Assembly (NCBI GenBank): GCA_040758525.1
Contig: JBFLVQ010000002.1
Span: forward strand, 1-48,817
Source of the DNA: Acidobacteriota bacterium
Lineage (GTDB): Bacteria; Acidobacteriota; Blastocatellia; Chloracidobacteriales; JADJPF01
Length of the DNA: 48,817 bases
Direction of reading: 5' to 3'
Of the stretch, positions 26,331 to 35,097 are shown piece by piece. The notes beneath the pieces are model-generated. The model had not been told where the DNA came from and did no database searches. It saw only the letters and a program-made list of their open reading frames with translations. Position 1 is the stretch's first letter. Every line of letters begins with the position of its first letter. The position numbers and the translations under genes were made by a program.

Positions 26331-28145
26331 TCACTCATTGAGAGCTGCATACTTAAACAACCGGAAGCGATATTGCTGCTGATTACGAATATTTTTGGCT
26401 ATTACTCCATGCAGATTTTCGTCCCAGTTTGTATACTGTTCAATGAACTTATCGGAAGCCGATTTATCTCCCTGGTATTGGATCTCTAGTACCTTGGCGA
26501 GTAGCTTTTCGACAACTTCATGATACTTTTGGTAATTAATAACGAGTTTTTGATTTTGCGAATCAAAACTCAACAGTCCCTCTGCTAAAAAGAAGTTCCA
26601 CTGCATAAGCTGCATGGTGTTATAAGGCTGATCACGACGAGGCTTATTATTCTGTAGTACACGATTAATACCACTAGCATAGACAGCGCGAAGTTGGTCA
26701 GCGGTGTAATAGCCACTCTGATGTAGAGCTTTGGCAACAAAGAGTGAGACTAGATCTGCTTTCATCTCTTCTAGCGCACTGGCATTCTCCTGTAATGCTG
26801 TATCCAGATCGGTTTCGTCTTTTGTTTTATCTACACCCAAGTAGTGTCCAATCTCATGCCAAAGTGTGCGGTAGAAACTGCCATCTGATGACAATTCATT
26901 CTTATGAACAGATGCTAGCGCCGTTTCCCAAACTCGTGAAGAGCCAGAAAATAGATCTGGGTTTCGCATTATATTGGCGCGCAACATAATGATGCGACCA
27001 TAACGACGTGCCAGCAGACTTTCATTTGGCAGGATCGTGGCGGTATTGCCACCACGGGCTTGAGCAAAGTCGGCAATCACATCATAGACACCAACTGGAA
27101 TATCCTCTTTTACCTTCTTATGATGTTGATAAGGGAGTAGATCTTCGAGTGTCTGCAGTCCTTTTAGCGCCTGACGCAGTGCTGTTGTCTCTTGTGGTCG
27201 CGACATTAAAAGACTAAAAGAGAAGAAGGTCTTTACTCCATAGAGTTCATCATCATAGACTTCATAAGCGCCAATCTGTGCATTCAAATTCTTGAATTGG
27301 CCAGTAACCCAGGCAGCATCACCAGACTCATAATCATTTGATAGTAGATCGCGACTACGATTTCTTAGATAGCGAGCAAACTCTTCGTCATCCTTCTCCA
27401 CTAACTCGGCAGCTTCATTAAGTAGTGTATATACGCGTATAAGCTCATCAGCATAGGCGACTGCATAAGGGATAGCATAGAACTGTTTGGTATCGGGCTT
27501 AGCAAGTAGATCTGTCAATTCTTTTCTTAATCTAGGGTGTAGAGTATCAAGAACTGCATAGCGACGTAGTTTAGCAAGATCGCGTTGTAAGCTCTCTCTA
27601 TTGGCACGGCGTACAACTGTACGAGATGCTAAGATGATATCGCGTTTATCTGGATGCGCAGTAAGAAAAGCATCTATCTCATTTTTGGTAACTCCCCAAG
27701 GGTAAACATTCTTACCAGGAGGAGGGGGAGTGGCGGGCAGAAAAGCTTCACGCTTGTTCTCAAGTGTGATAGCAATCGGCCCTTGATTCAATCGATAGAG
27801 TGCTAAGAGATTTTGTGTTGCCGCCGGTGAGCCAAGTAGTTTATCGGTCTGCTCAAGTTCACGATATAGTGAAAGAGCCTGGGCATGCCGCTGTTGTTCA
27901 TATAGATTCTGAAAGAGGATACCTACTTCAAGCAGTTTGGCAATGGCAGCACGTTCTACTGTGCTCAGATTGGTAAGATCTGGTGAGAGGCGTATGGTTT
28001 GAGTCTTTTCGATAATTGGTTGACTCTTCTCTACGGGCCAATAACCAGCACGTAGGCTCTCTCTGGGAAGCTTATATGACGAAGTTTGCGCAGAACTATT
28101 CATAAATATAGTCAGGAGAAAGATAATTGCTAATAATCTATTCAT
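26331..28145 (-). CDS. secreted zinc metallopeptidase, DPP III (M49)-like with pentapeptide HEXXH motif
   Basis: Signal peptide. WHEIGHYLG followed about 25 aa later by EEMKADL (the M49 second motif is EEXK/RAE/D). Confidence 0.55.
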   Translation of the reverse strand: MNRLLAIIFLLTIFMNSSAQTSSYKLPRESLRAGYWPVEKSQPIIEKTQTIRLSPDLTNLSTVERAAIAKLLEVGILFQNLYEQQRHAQALSLYRELEQTDKLLGSPAATQNLLALYRLNQGPIAITLENKREAFLPATPPPPGKNVYPWGVTKNEIDAFLTAHPDKRDIILASRTVVRRANRESLQRDLAKLRRYAVLDTLHPRLRKELTDLLAKPDTKQFYAIPYAVAYADELIRVYTLLNEAAELVEKDDEEFARYLRNRSRDLLSNDYESGDAAWVTGQFKNLNAQIGAYEVYDDELYGVKTFFSFSLLMSRPQETTALRQALKGLQTLEDLLPYQHHKKVKEDIPVGVYDVIADFAQARGGNTATILPNESLLARRYGRIIMLRANIMRNPDLFSGSSRVWETALASVHKNELSSDGSFYRTLWHEIGHYLGVDKTKDETDLDTALQENASALEEMKADLVSLFVAKALHQSGYYTADQLRAVYASGINRVLQNNKPRRDQPYNTMQLMQWNFFLAEGLLSFDSQNQKLVINYQKYHEVVEKLLAKVLEIQYQGDKSASDKFIEQYTNWDENLHGVIAKNIRNQQQYRFRLFKYAALNE

Positions 28146-28210
28146 AAGCTCACCTTACGACTAATCTTATCTGTGGATTGAGTTACCAGCTAAGAGAGTA
28201 TACACTACTG

Positions 28211-28244
28211 ATTATTTGCCACCGAGCGCTTGATGGCAAATAAT
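28211..28244. terminator. AT-rich hairpin downstream of the hybrid kinase gene
   Basis: Perfect 11-bp arms ATTATTTGCCA / TGGCAAATAAT with a 12-nt loop. No clear T-run on the minus strand. Confidence 0.3.
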
Positions 28245-28287
28245 CTTTCCTATTTATATTGATATTGGAGGTAGTAATTTAGCAGCG

Positions 28288-31218
28288 TTATTGTATGGCT
28301 TTGAGAGCTTGTTTAAGGAGGCTCAACTCTTTTTCCAGATCGGCATACACTTGGTTGGCACGGGTCAGGTCTGTACTTTGGCCGATCTTTTCCAGTTCTC
28401 GCGCGGCGGCACAGGTACGCTGAGCGCCAAAATGGCCAGCCGCTCCTTTGAGTCGGTGTGCGGCACGCGATAGACGTTGACCATCCTGTGCAGCTATGGA
28501 ATCACGCATATCTGTTAATAAAGCAGTAGCATCTTCTAAGAAGAGATCTGCCATTTCACATAATAGTTCTCTCTCTCCTAATACTCGTGCAAGTGCCTCA
28601 TTAATATTGAAGACTCCATCAGTGGTATCTTCTTTAGCTTCTGGTAGAGAGTTTGATGGTAAGACTTCCCAGCCTTCTACAATGGCAAGCAACTGTTCAG
28701 GCAAGATCGGTTTAGCAATATAGCCATCCATTCCTGCTGCCAGACAGCGCTCACGGGCACCTTTCATAGCATGAGCAGTCATAGCAATAATTTTAATATG
28801 CTGACCACTCAACTGCTCTTTCTCACGAATTGCGGCAGTAGCTGTCAGACCATCCATTTCTGGCATCTGCACATCCATTAGAATTAGATCGAACTTCTCT
28901 TTACGCCAAAGTTCTAATGCTTCATGACCATTTATAGCTACAGTAACTTGATGATGGCGATTCTTTAAAATTACCTTTGCCAACTCTTGATTGACAGGGT
29001 TATCTTCTGCCAGCAAGATACGCAAAGATTTTGAACAAGGAGGAAAGGTTTCGCCTTCTGGTTGACAGACCACTGGCTCTGGTACGGGCGCCAATTTCAG
29101 TGTGCTCAATATCATCTCCAATAGTTCCGACTCTTTTAATGGCTTGCGCAAATAGGTAGAGATATTCAACTGCTGACAACGTGCCAGTTCAGCCGCTTTG
29201 TCAGGCGAAGAGAGCATCATAATAATGATCGTATTGGATAGTTTCGACTCCTTACGAATCTGTTCAGCAACAATGAAACCATCCATTTGTGGCATCAAGG
29301 CATCAAGCAACACTAAACTAAAAGGCTTATTCGCTTCGACGGCGAGTTGCAATTGTGATAATGCCGAACTACCACTGCCGGCCACTACGGACTTCATTCC
29401 CCAATTTGTTAGCATCTCTGATAGGAAAAGCTGATTTGTGCTATTGTCATCGACTATTAGCACTGGCATTCCCTGCAATGCTGCTTGCTGAGTAGATCGT
29501 GTTAGCGTAGACGCTTCTTGTGGTTGGAAGCGTGCTGTGAAATGGAAGGTACTGCCTTTACCTGGTTCACTACGTAGTTCTATACTACCGCCCATCATGG
29601 CAACCAACTGTGCAGAGATTGTCAGCCCTAGACCGGGGCCGCCAAATTGACGAGTAATGGATGAGTCGGCTTGTACAAAGGCATCGAAGATCAATTGCTG
29701 TTTATCTACTGGTATGCCAATCCCTGTATCACTGATCTCGAAATAGAGTGTAAGCTCGCTTGCGCTTTCTGCAACACGCTTGACCTGTATGTTCACTTCG
29801 CCATGTGTAGTAAACTTGATAGCATTGCCAATTAAATTTACTACAATCTGGTTTAAGCGCCCTGGATCGCCTATAAGCATATCAGGAACATCTAGGGTGA
29901 TACGATAGTTGAGTTCTAGGCCCTTCTCATGAGCATCCATTGCCAGTATTTTGAGGGTATTGCCCAAGCTTTCACGTAGACTGAAAGCAACCGCATCAAG
30001 TTGTAACCGGCCCGCATCGATCTTAGAGAAGTCTAGAATATCATTGAGTAGGTACAATAGCGCATTAGCAGAAGACTTCACCATTGTTAGATATTCACGC
30101 TGATGAGGCGAGAGTTCTGTTTTAAGCGCGAGTTCCGTCATACCTATGATACCATTCAGGGGTGTGCGGATCTCATGACTCATATTGGTAAGGAACTCGG
30201 TTTGGGTCTGCTGCACCGCCTCGGCAGCCTGTTTAGCTTGTAACTGTTTCTCGATCAATTTGCGTCCAGTAATATCTCGTATCACACTAGTAAAATAGCT
30301 CTTGTCATTCTTGACAAATACACTGAAAGAGATTTCCACCTGAATCTCTTCGCCATCATAGCGTCGTGCTGGTAATTCAACACTCTGCCCATTTAGATGG
30401 CTTAAGTTGGTTTGATAGAGATAGCCTGGATATTGTGGTATCAGCATTGCCAGGTTATTGCCCAGCAACTGCTCGACTTTGTAACCGAATATACGTTCAG
30501 CCGCGAGGTTAACAAATAGTATTTTGCCATCCTTAGTGATCGTGACAATGGCATCGGCAGCCGTTTCTGTAACCGTGTAGTATCGCTCTGCGCTCTTACG
30601 TAGCGCGTTCTCCACCTCTTTGTGTTTGGTAATATCGTTAACTAGCGCGAGTCTGGCCAGTTGTCCGTTAAAGATCATGGTATGAAACGATATCTCCACT
30701 AATATGATGGAGGCATCTTTGCGGCGGTGTTGATATACACTCGTTTGTGAGCAGCTTATCTTGCCATTATCATGTGCATTGAGGAGAGAGGGAATCTCGT
30801 CAGGAAGAGAGAGATCCTTAATTGTCATTGAGAGAAACTCTTCCTGAGAATAACCATACTGTTTCACAGCAGCTTGGTTAACAGCAAGAAATGCGAACGA
30901 ATTGACGTTATAGATAAATACTGGACAAGGAGTATTCTCAAACACCAGGCGATACTGCTTTTCCCAATCGCTTAGCTCTGCAGTGGCTGCTTGCCTTGCC
31001 GGCTCGGTTTTTTCTGGTTGTTCAGTACTATGCCAGATAGTGATGATCAAAATCACTGCCGTTGACAATACACACAATGCCACGCCAAACATGGCATTGT
31101 AGAACTCTATACGCTGAGCTAACAGGATCAACCAACCAACTGCCAGTGGTACCAGAACAACCACCGGTAACAGACGATGTTTGAGATAGTTGAAACTGCC
31201 GCGAAAGATACTGGGCAT
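28288..31218 (-). CDS. hybrid sensor histidine kinase (TM, 2x PAS, HisKA, HATPase, 2x REC, Hpt)
   Basis: H-box SHEIRTPLNGI. Two receiver domains (LVLLDALMPQMDG, LILMDVQMPEMDG). C-terminal Hpt HRLKGAAGHFGA. SD AAGGAG lies upstream. Confidence 0.92.
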   Translation of the reverse strand: MPSIFRGSFNYLKHRLLPVVVLVPLAVGWLILLAQRIEFYNAMFGVALCVLSTAVILIITIWHSTEQPEKTEPARQAATAELSDWEKQYRLVFENTPCPVFIYNVNSFAFLAVNQAAVKQYGYSQEEFLSMTIKDLSLPDEIPSLLNAHDNGKISCSQTSVYQHRRKDASIILVEISFHTMIFNGQLARLALVNDITKHKEVENALRKSAERYYTVTETAADAIVTITKDGKILFVNLAAERIFGYKVEQLLGNNLAMLIPQYPGYLYQTNLSHLNGQSVELPARRYDGEEIQVEISFSVFVKNDKSYFTSVIRDITGRKLIEKQLQAKQAAEAVQQTQTEFLTNMSHEIRTPLNGIIGMTELALKTELSPHQREYLTMVKSSANALLYLLNDILDFSKIDAGRLQLDAVAFSLRESLGNTLKILAMDAHEKGLELNYRITLDVPDMLIGDPGRLNQIVVNLIGNAIKFTTHGEVNIQVKRVAESASELTLYFEISDTGIGIPVDKQQLIFDAFVQADSSITRQFGGPGLGLTISAQLVAMMGGSIELRSEPGKGSTFHFTARFQPQEASTLTRSTQQAALQGMPVLIVDDNSTNQLFLSEMLTNWGMKSVVAGSGSSALSQLQLAVEANKPFSLVLLDALMPQMDGFIVAEQIRKESKLSNTIIIMMLSSPDKAAELARCQQLNISTYLRKPLKESELLEMILSTLKLAPVPEPVVCQPEGETFPPCSKSLRILLAEDNPVNQELAKVILKNRHHQVTVAINGHEALELWRKEKFDLILMDVQMPEMDGLTATAAIREKEQLSGQHIKIIAMTAHAMKGARERCLAAGMDGYIAKPILPEQLLAIVEGWEVLPSNSLPEAKEDTTDGVFNINEALARVLGERELLCEMADLFLEDATALLTDMRDSIAAQDGQRLSRAAHRLKGAAGHFGAQRTCAAARELEKIGQSTDLTRANQVYADLEKELSLLKQALKAIQ

Positions 31219-31271
31219 AGTATTATCTCCTTAACAAAAACCGCCCTGGCTTAGCGGCAACTATGCCATCG

Positions 31272-31523
31272 TCACGCTGGCCACTGTGGTTTCAACAAGC
31301 CCAATGCAATCGCGTATTGTACCAACTCTGCAATACTGTTTGCGCCTAGTTTACGTTTAATGTTCTCCCTATGGGCATCAACCGTCTTGCGGCTAATAGT
31401 AAGTTTTTCGCCAATCTCTCGGCTGGTATCGCCCTGAGCGATAAAGGAGAGTATCTCACATTCACGCTTGGTCAGTTTTACCAGCGCACGATTGTCTTGT
31501 AGCATTGCCACATTCATAACCAT
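31272..31523 (-). CDS. stand-alone LuxR/GerE-type HTH protein (no receiver or ligand domain)
   Basis: LTKRECEILSFIAQGDTSREIGEKLTISRKTVDAHRENIKRKLG. ATG 31523 sits 9 nt after GGAGG and is preferred to the TTG at 31574. Confidence 0.8.
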   Translation of the reverse strand: MVMNVAMLQDNRALVKLTKRECEILSFIAQGDTSREIGEKLTISRKTVDAHRENIKRKLGANSIAELVQYAIALGLLKPQWPA

Positions 31524-31575
31524 TTTACTAATCCTCCAGAAAATAGTGATTCGCGCCTCAAATAAAGAGGGCAAA

Positions 31576-33855
31576 TCAGAAGAGTGGTTTCTCGCGACTG
31601 TCAGGACGCTTTAATCCTAATTCCTCAAACATCCATTCAGGGCGCGAATCGAATTCATCTTTGCGGATCTTAGCAAACGCCTCTTCCAATGAAGTGATAC
31701 CATCACGTACCTTCTCCATCGTATCCCAATAGAGGGTTGTGAGGCCGCATTCTTCTACCGCCAGGCGCTTGAGTACCTCAGCAGTTATTCCTTTGCGATT
31801 GATCGCAGCACGCAATGTATCATTTACTGCCAACACTTCATGTATGCCTACACGTCCTTTGTAACCAATATTGTTACAGGTTGAACAGCCATGCGAACGA
31901 TATAGAGTGATATTGGTATTAGCAGCAACCCCTATATAACGGCACTCCTCTTCATTAGGTTGATATGGCTGTTTACAATCAGAACAGAGCCGGCGTAACA
32001 ATCGCTGTGCACAGATTAGCACCGTCGAAGAGCTAACCAGGTAAGGATCGATTCCCATATCGATCAGACGAATAACCGTAGAGGTGGCATCATTAGTATG
32101 TAGTGTAGAGAGTAGCAGGTGACCGGTAAGAGCAGCTTCAAATGCAATACTGGCGGTCTCGTGATCTCGTATTTCACCTACTAAAATCACATCGGGATCT
32201 TGACGTAAATAGGCTCGTAAAGCGCGTTGAAAGGTCAGTCCAATCTCAGGATTGACCTGTAACTGATTAATGCCAGGAAGTGTGTATTCGATCGGATTCT
32301 CGATTGTCTGTACATTCAATTCCGGCCGTTGTAGTGAATTGATGGCAGCATAGAGGGTCATAGATTTGCCGGCGCCGGTCGGCCCCACATGTAAAATCAT
32401 TCCATAGGGTATCGCGATCTTTTCTGTATAAAGCTTAAGGTTGCGTTCTGAGAATCCTAGCTTGTAGAGCGGCATTACTGAACCCTGTTTATCGAGTAAG
32501 CGCATCACTACTTTTTCACCAAAGTTCATTGGTGCGGTTGAAACACGTAGATCCACATCAATATTTTTGCGATTAAAGCGCTTGAATATAATACGTCCAT
32601 CCTGTGGCAGACGGCGTTCAGCAATATCTAACTGACTCATTACCTTGATACGTGCCACAATTGGATTAATAAGCCGACTGGGGCGCAGATGGTTAACGAT
32701 ATGTAGGTCTCCATCAATACGGTAACGGACCACAACCTCGCCTTCGCCTGGCTCTATATGTATGTCTGAGGCGCCCATACGATAAGCAGTCTCAATCAGT
32801 TTGTTGACCAACAAAATGATTGGTTCAGCCTGACCATCGGTCTGTTCTGATAGATCTATGGTCTCCTCTTTTTCGTCATAACGGTTCTGTAGCTGCTTCT
32901 CGATATCAGCAATGGTGACTTCATCTTTAGCTGCTGATTTACGCCCTGCCAGCATAGCGGCAATATTTTCTGGCTCGGTGATCATAAACTCGGGCGATTG
33001 ATTCTGTCCGGCAAAACGCGGCAAGATATCAAGTAACTCTAGATCAAAAGCGTTACTTAAGACGAAAGTGAGGTTGCCTTTGTCATTACTGATCGCCAAG
33101 ACCTGATTAGAACGGCAGAATGGGATCGGTATCACTCCTAGCAGTAGCTTGTCAGGATCAATCTTGGGAATATATGGCCATTTTGTGAATGTAGCGATAT
33201 GCTGGGCCATCTCTTGATTGGTTATGCCAAAGTCTGTTGAGAGCGCATAAGGTTCAGAGGGCCTGCTTCTTAACAGTTTATCCCATTTGTCTGGTGTCAA
33301 TGCTAGGCGTGCTAATAGATACTTTTGAAATTGTCCATAACCCGATATCCGTATGGCTCTACTAGGACGTTCATCCTTCTCTATAGTAGGAGTATGTTGT
33401 GCTTTATGAATCTCCTGCCAACGCGCCTTAGTCTTGAGATGCTGTTCAATCTTTTCAAAAAGTACCTGATTATCGATAGGTTTGGGGAGATAATCGACAG
33501 CGCCAACGGCAAAGGCTTTAGCCTTATCTTGCTCTTGTACATTAGCCGTGACAAAGATTACCGGTATATAAGCGGTCTGCTCGTTCTCTTGCAGTTTGGT
33601 GCATAATTCATAACCGCTCATTCCAGGCATCGTGGCATCAAGTAGAATTAGATCCGGGATCTGTGTCTCTAATATCTCTAGTGCTTCCTGGCCACTCTCT
33701 GCAGTGATAACTTTATAATTGTTCTTACCTAAGATACGCGCAATCAACAGGCGCAACATACGATCATCATCAACACTGAGGATCAATGGTTGTTTGGTAT
33801 CTACTTGTGGCAGCGCAGGAGGCTGATACCGTTCGGCTATGGTAAGAGTTTCCAT
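31576..33855 (-). CDS. response-regulator receiver fused to T2SSE_N and a GspE/PilB-type secretion ATPase
   Basis: REC (LSVDDD...LILLDATMPGMSG...KP). Walker A GPTGAGKS, Walker B DPDVILVGEIRD, His box LLSTLHTND. Tetracysteine CSDC...CSTC. ATG 33855 follows GAGGAG, and the sigma-54 promoter lies inside the longer track ORF. Confidence 0.9.
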   Translation of the reverse strand: METLTIAERYQPPALPQVDTKQPLILSVDDDRMLRLLIARILGKNNYKVITAESGQEALEILETQIPDLILLDATMPGMSGYELCTKLQENEQTAYIPVIFVTANVQEQDKAKAFAVGAVDYLPKPIDNQVLFEKIEQHLKTKARWQEIHKAQHTPTIEKDERPSRAIRISGYGQFQKYLLARLALTPDKWDKLLRSRPSEPYALSTDFGITNQEMAQHIATFTKWPYIPKIDPDKLLLGVIPIPFCRSNQVLAISNDKGNLTFVLSNAFDLELLDILPRFAGQNQSPEFMITEPENIAAMLAGRKSAAKDEVTIADIEKQLQNRYDEKEETIDLSEQTDGQAEPIILLVNKLIETAYRMGASDIHIEPGEGEVVVRYRIDGDLHIVNHLRPSRLINPIVARIKVMSQLDIAERRLPQDGRIIFKRFNRKNIDVDLRVSTAPMNFGEKVVMRLLDKQGSVMPLYKLGFSERNLKLYTEKIAIPYGMILHVGPTGAGKSMTLYAAINSLQRPELNVQTIENPIEYTLPGINQLQVNPEIGLTFQRALRAYLRQDPDVILVGEIRDHETASIAFEAALTGHLLLSTLHTNDATSTVIRLIDMGIDPYLVSSSTVLICAQRLLRRLCSDCKQPYQPNEEECRYIGVAANTNITLYRSHGCSTCNNIGYKGRVGIHEVLAVNDTLRAAINRKGITAEVLKRLAVEECGLTTLYWDTMEKVRDGITSLEEAFAKIRKDEFDSRPEWMFEELGLKRPDSREKPLF

Positions 33856-33894
33856 GTAGATCTCCTCACACTGTGTTAGTGAAACCATCACAAT

Positions 33895-33909
33895 GCGAGG
33901 ACTGTGCCA
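33895..33909 (-). promoter_or_regulatory. sigma-54 (-24/-12) promoter candidate for the REC-GspE/LuxR/hybrid-kinase operon
   Basis: Minus strand reads T-TGGCAC-AGTCC-TCGC-A with correct GG/GC spacing. It lies about 40 nt upstream of ATG 33855. The 5-nt spacer is the same as at 12273-12287. Confidence 0.55.
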
Positions 33910-34189
33910 AGCCGCCAAGTCCATCCTAAACAAGCCTACAAATCGGTTTTCCCCGATCTTTTCCTTAGGTAACAATCGTAATAAGTATTTGCTCTATAGG
34001 GGCTTGGATAATTAGGTCAGTTTTCTAGTCACCGCTTTAACAATAATTAGCACTCAAAAAAGCGTGCTGTCAGGCAGATATTTTAGGTTAAGAATAAAAT
34101 TTCTCTGGGGCAAACACGCACGGACTTATGCCTTTGTGGGGCATTATGCAGCAGTGATCAGGATATCTAGTATTATTGGATGTAGCTAG

Positions 34190-35056
34190 CTAATTTATCG
34201 TAAAGCTAGAGAGTATTCTTACTTTATTGGTGATCGGTTCATCGCGTTTGTTGATCTCCAGAGCATTACCTTCAAACTTAACTAGTAGAACGGTAATATT
34301 ATCTTCTCCGCCATACTGTTTGGCCTTTTCAATTAAGGATGTTGCCGCAGCATCAAGACTATTACATTGACGTATAATATTTTTCATTTCATCAGTTCTT
34401 AGCTTACTGAAAAGACCATCGCTACAGAGCAGAAAGATGTCGCCATATTTAAGTTGAATAGATGTTAAAGGCACCTGCAGTAGTTCCTGACTGCCCACTG
34501 CCTGTAAGAGAATATGCCGATTAACATCAGAAATGGCTTCTTCTGGGGTGAGCAGGCCAGAGTCAACACAAAGCTGGCTGGCAGTTTGATCCTTAGTAAG
34601 TTGCTTTATTCTTCTACCCCGAATGATATAGGCGCGGGAATCGCCTACTTCCGCAATGTAGGCATTATCCCCTTCAATTAATAGTACCGTGGCGGTTGCC
34701 CCCATATGTAGCTGTGTATAGGTTTGACTCTTCTCCCAAACAATACGATTAGCCTCTTCTATTGCCTTCTGTAGGCGTGTGGTGGGATTGGAAGTTTGCG
34801 AAAGCTGAATCAATTCTGCTTGTATTGCTCTGATTGTGAGTTTGCTGGCTAGTTCCCCGTTTTGGTAACCACCCATTCCATCTGAAACAATAAAAAGTAG
34901 CTGATTCTCATTGGGAGACCGTTCCAGGCTACAGGGGCTCTCTAGAATCAGGTTAGCATTCAAATCACTTAACAGGAAATTATCCTCATTATTATTGCGA
35001 ACTAATCCAATATCGGTTCTCGCGGCAACAGTTGATAAAATATATTTAGTTCTCAT
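34190..35056 (-). CDS. PP2C-family Ser/Thr protein phosphatase
   Basis: TDIGLVRNNNEDN, SDGMGG and EDNITVLLV motifs. ATG 35056 follows GGGGAGAG. An alternative ATG at 35098 overlaps the kinase stop as TAATG. Confidence 0.9.
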   Translation of the reverse strand: MRTKYILSTVAARTDIGLVRNNNEDNFLLSDLNANLILESPCSLERSPNENQLLFIVSDGMGGYQNGELASKLTIRAIQAELIQLSQTSNPTTRLQKAIEEANRIVWEKSQTYTQLHMGATATVLLIEGDNAYIAEVGDSRAYIIRGRRIKQLTKDQTASQLCVDSGLLTPEEAISDVNRHILLQAVGSQELLQVPLTSIQLKYGDIFLLCSDGLFSKLRTDEMKNIIRQCNSLDAAATSLIEKAKQYGGEDNITVLLVKFEGNALEINKRDEPITNKVRILSSFTIN

Positions 35057-35097
35057 AGAATCTCTCCCCAAGCGATATTTAAAAAGACTTTTTGCCA

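Noticed and set aside
33856-33975. N-terminal extensions given by the ORF track: 33975 for REC-GspE, 31574 LuxR, 35110 PP2C, 24925 rsmE, 25229 Trx-like, 21053 YARHG, 14264 PBP, 14128 VWA, 48782 TonB-C.
   Set aside because: They start at TTG/GTG without an SD. Internal ATGs with good SD spacing give N-termini matching family norms. For REC-GspE the extension would also contain the sigma-54 promoter.
34061-34082. AGCAC-N10-GTGCT inverted repeat and the CTGTCAG motif upstream of the REC-GspE promoter, as sites related to the GACACTGTC palindromes at 12335-12368.
   Set aside because: Only a 6-mer (CTGTCA) is shared, the arms are 5 bp, and the position is about 170 bp from the -24 box. That is too weak to call a common operator without comparative data.
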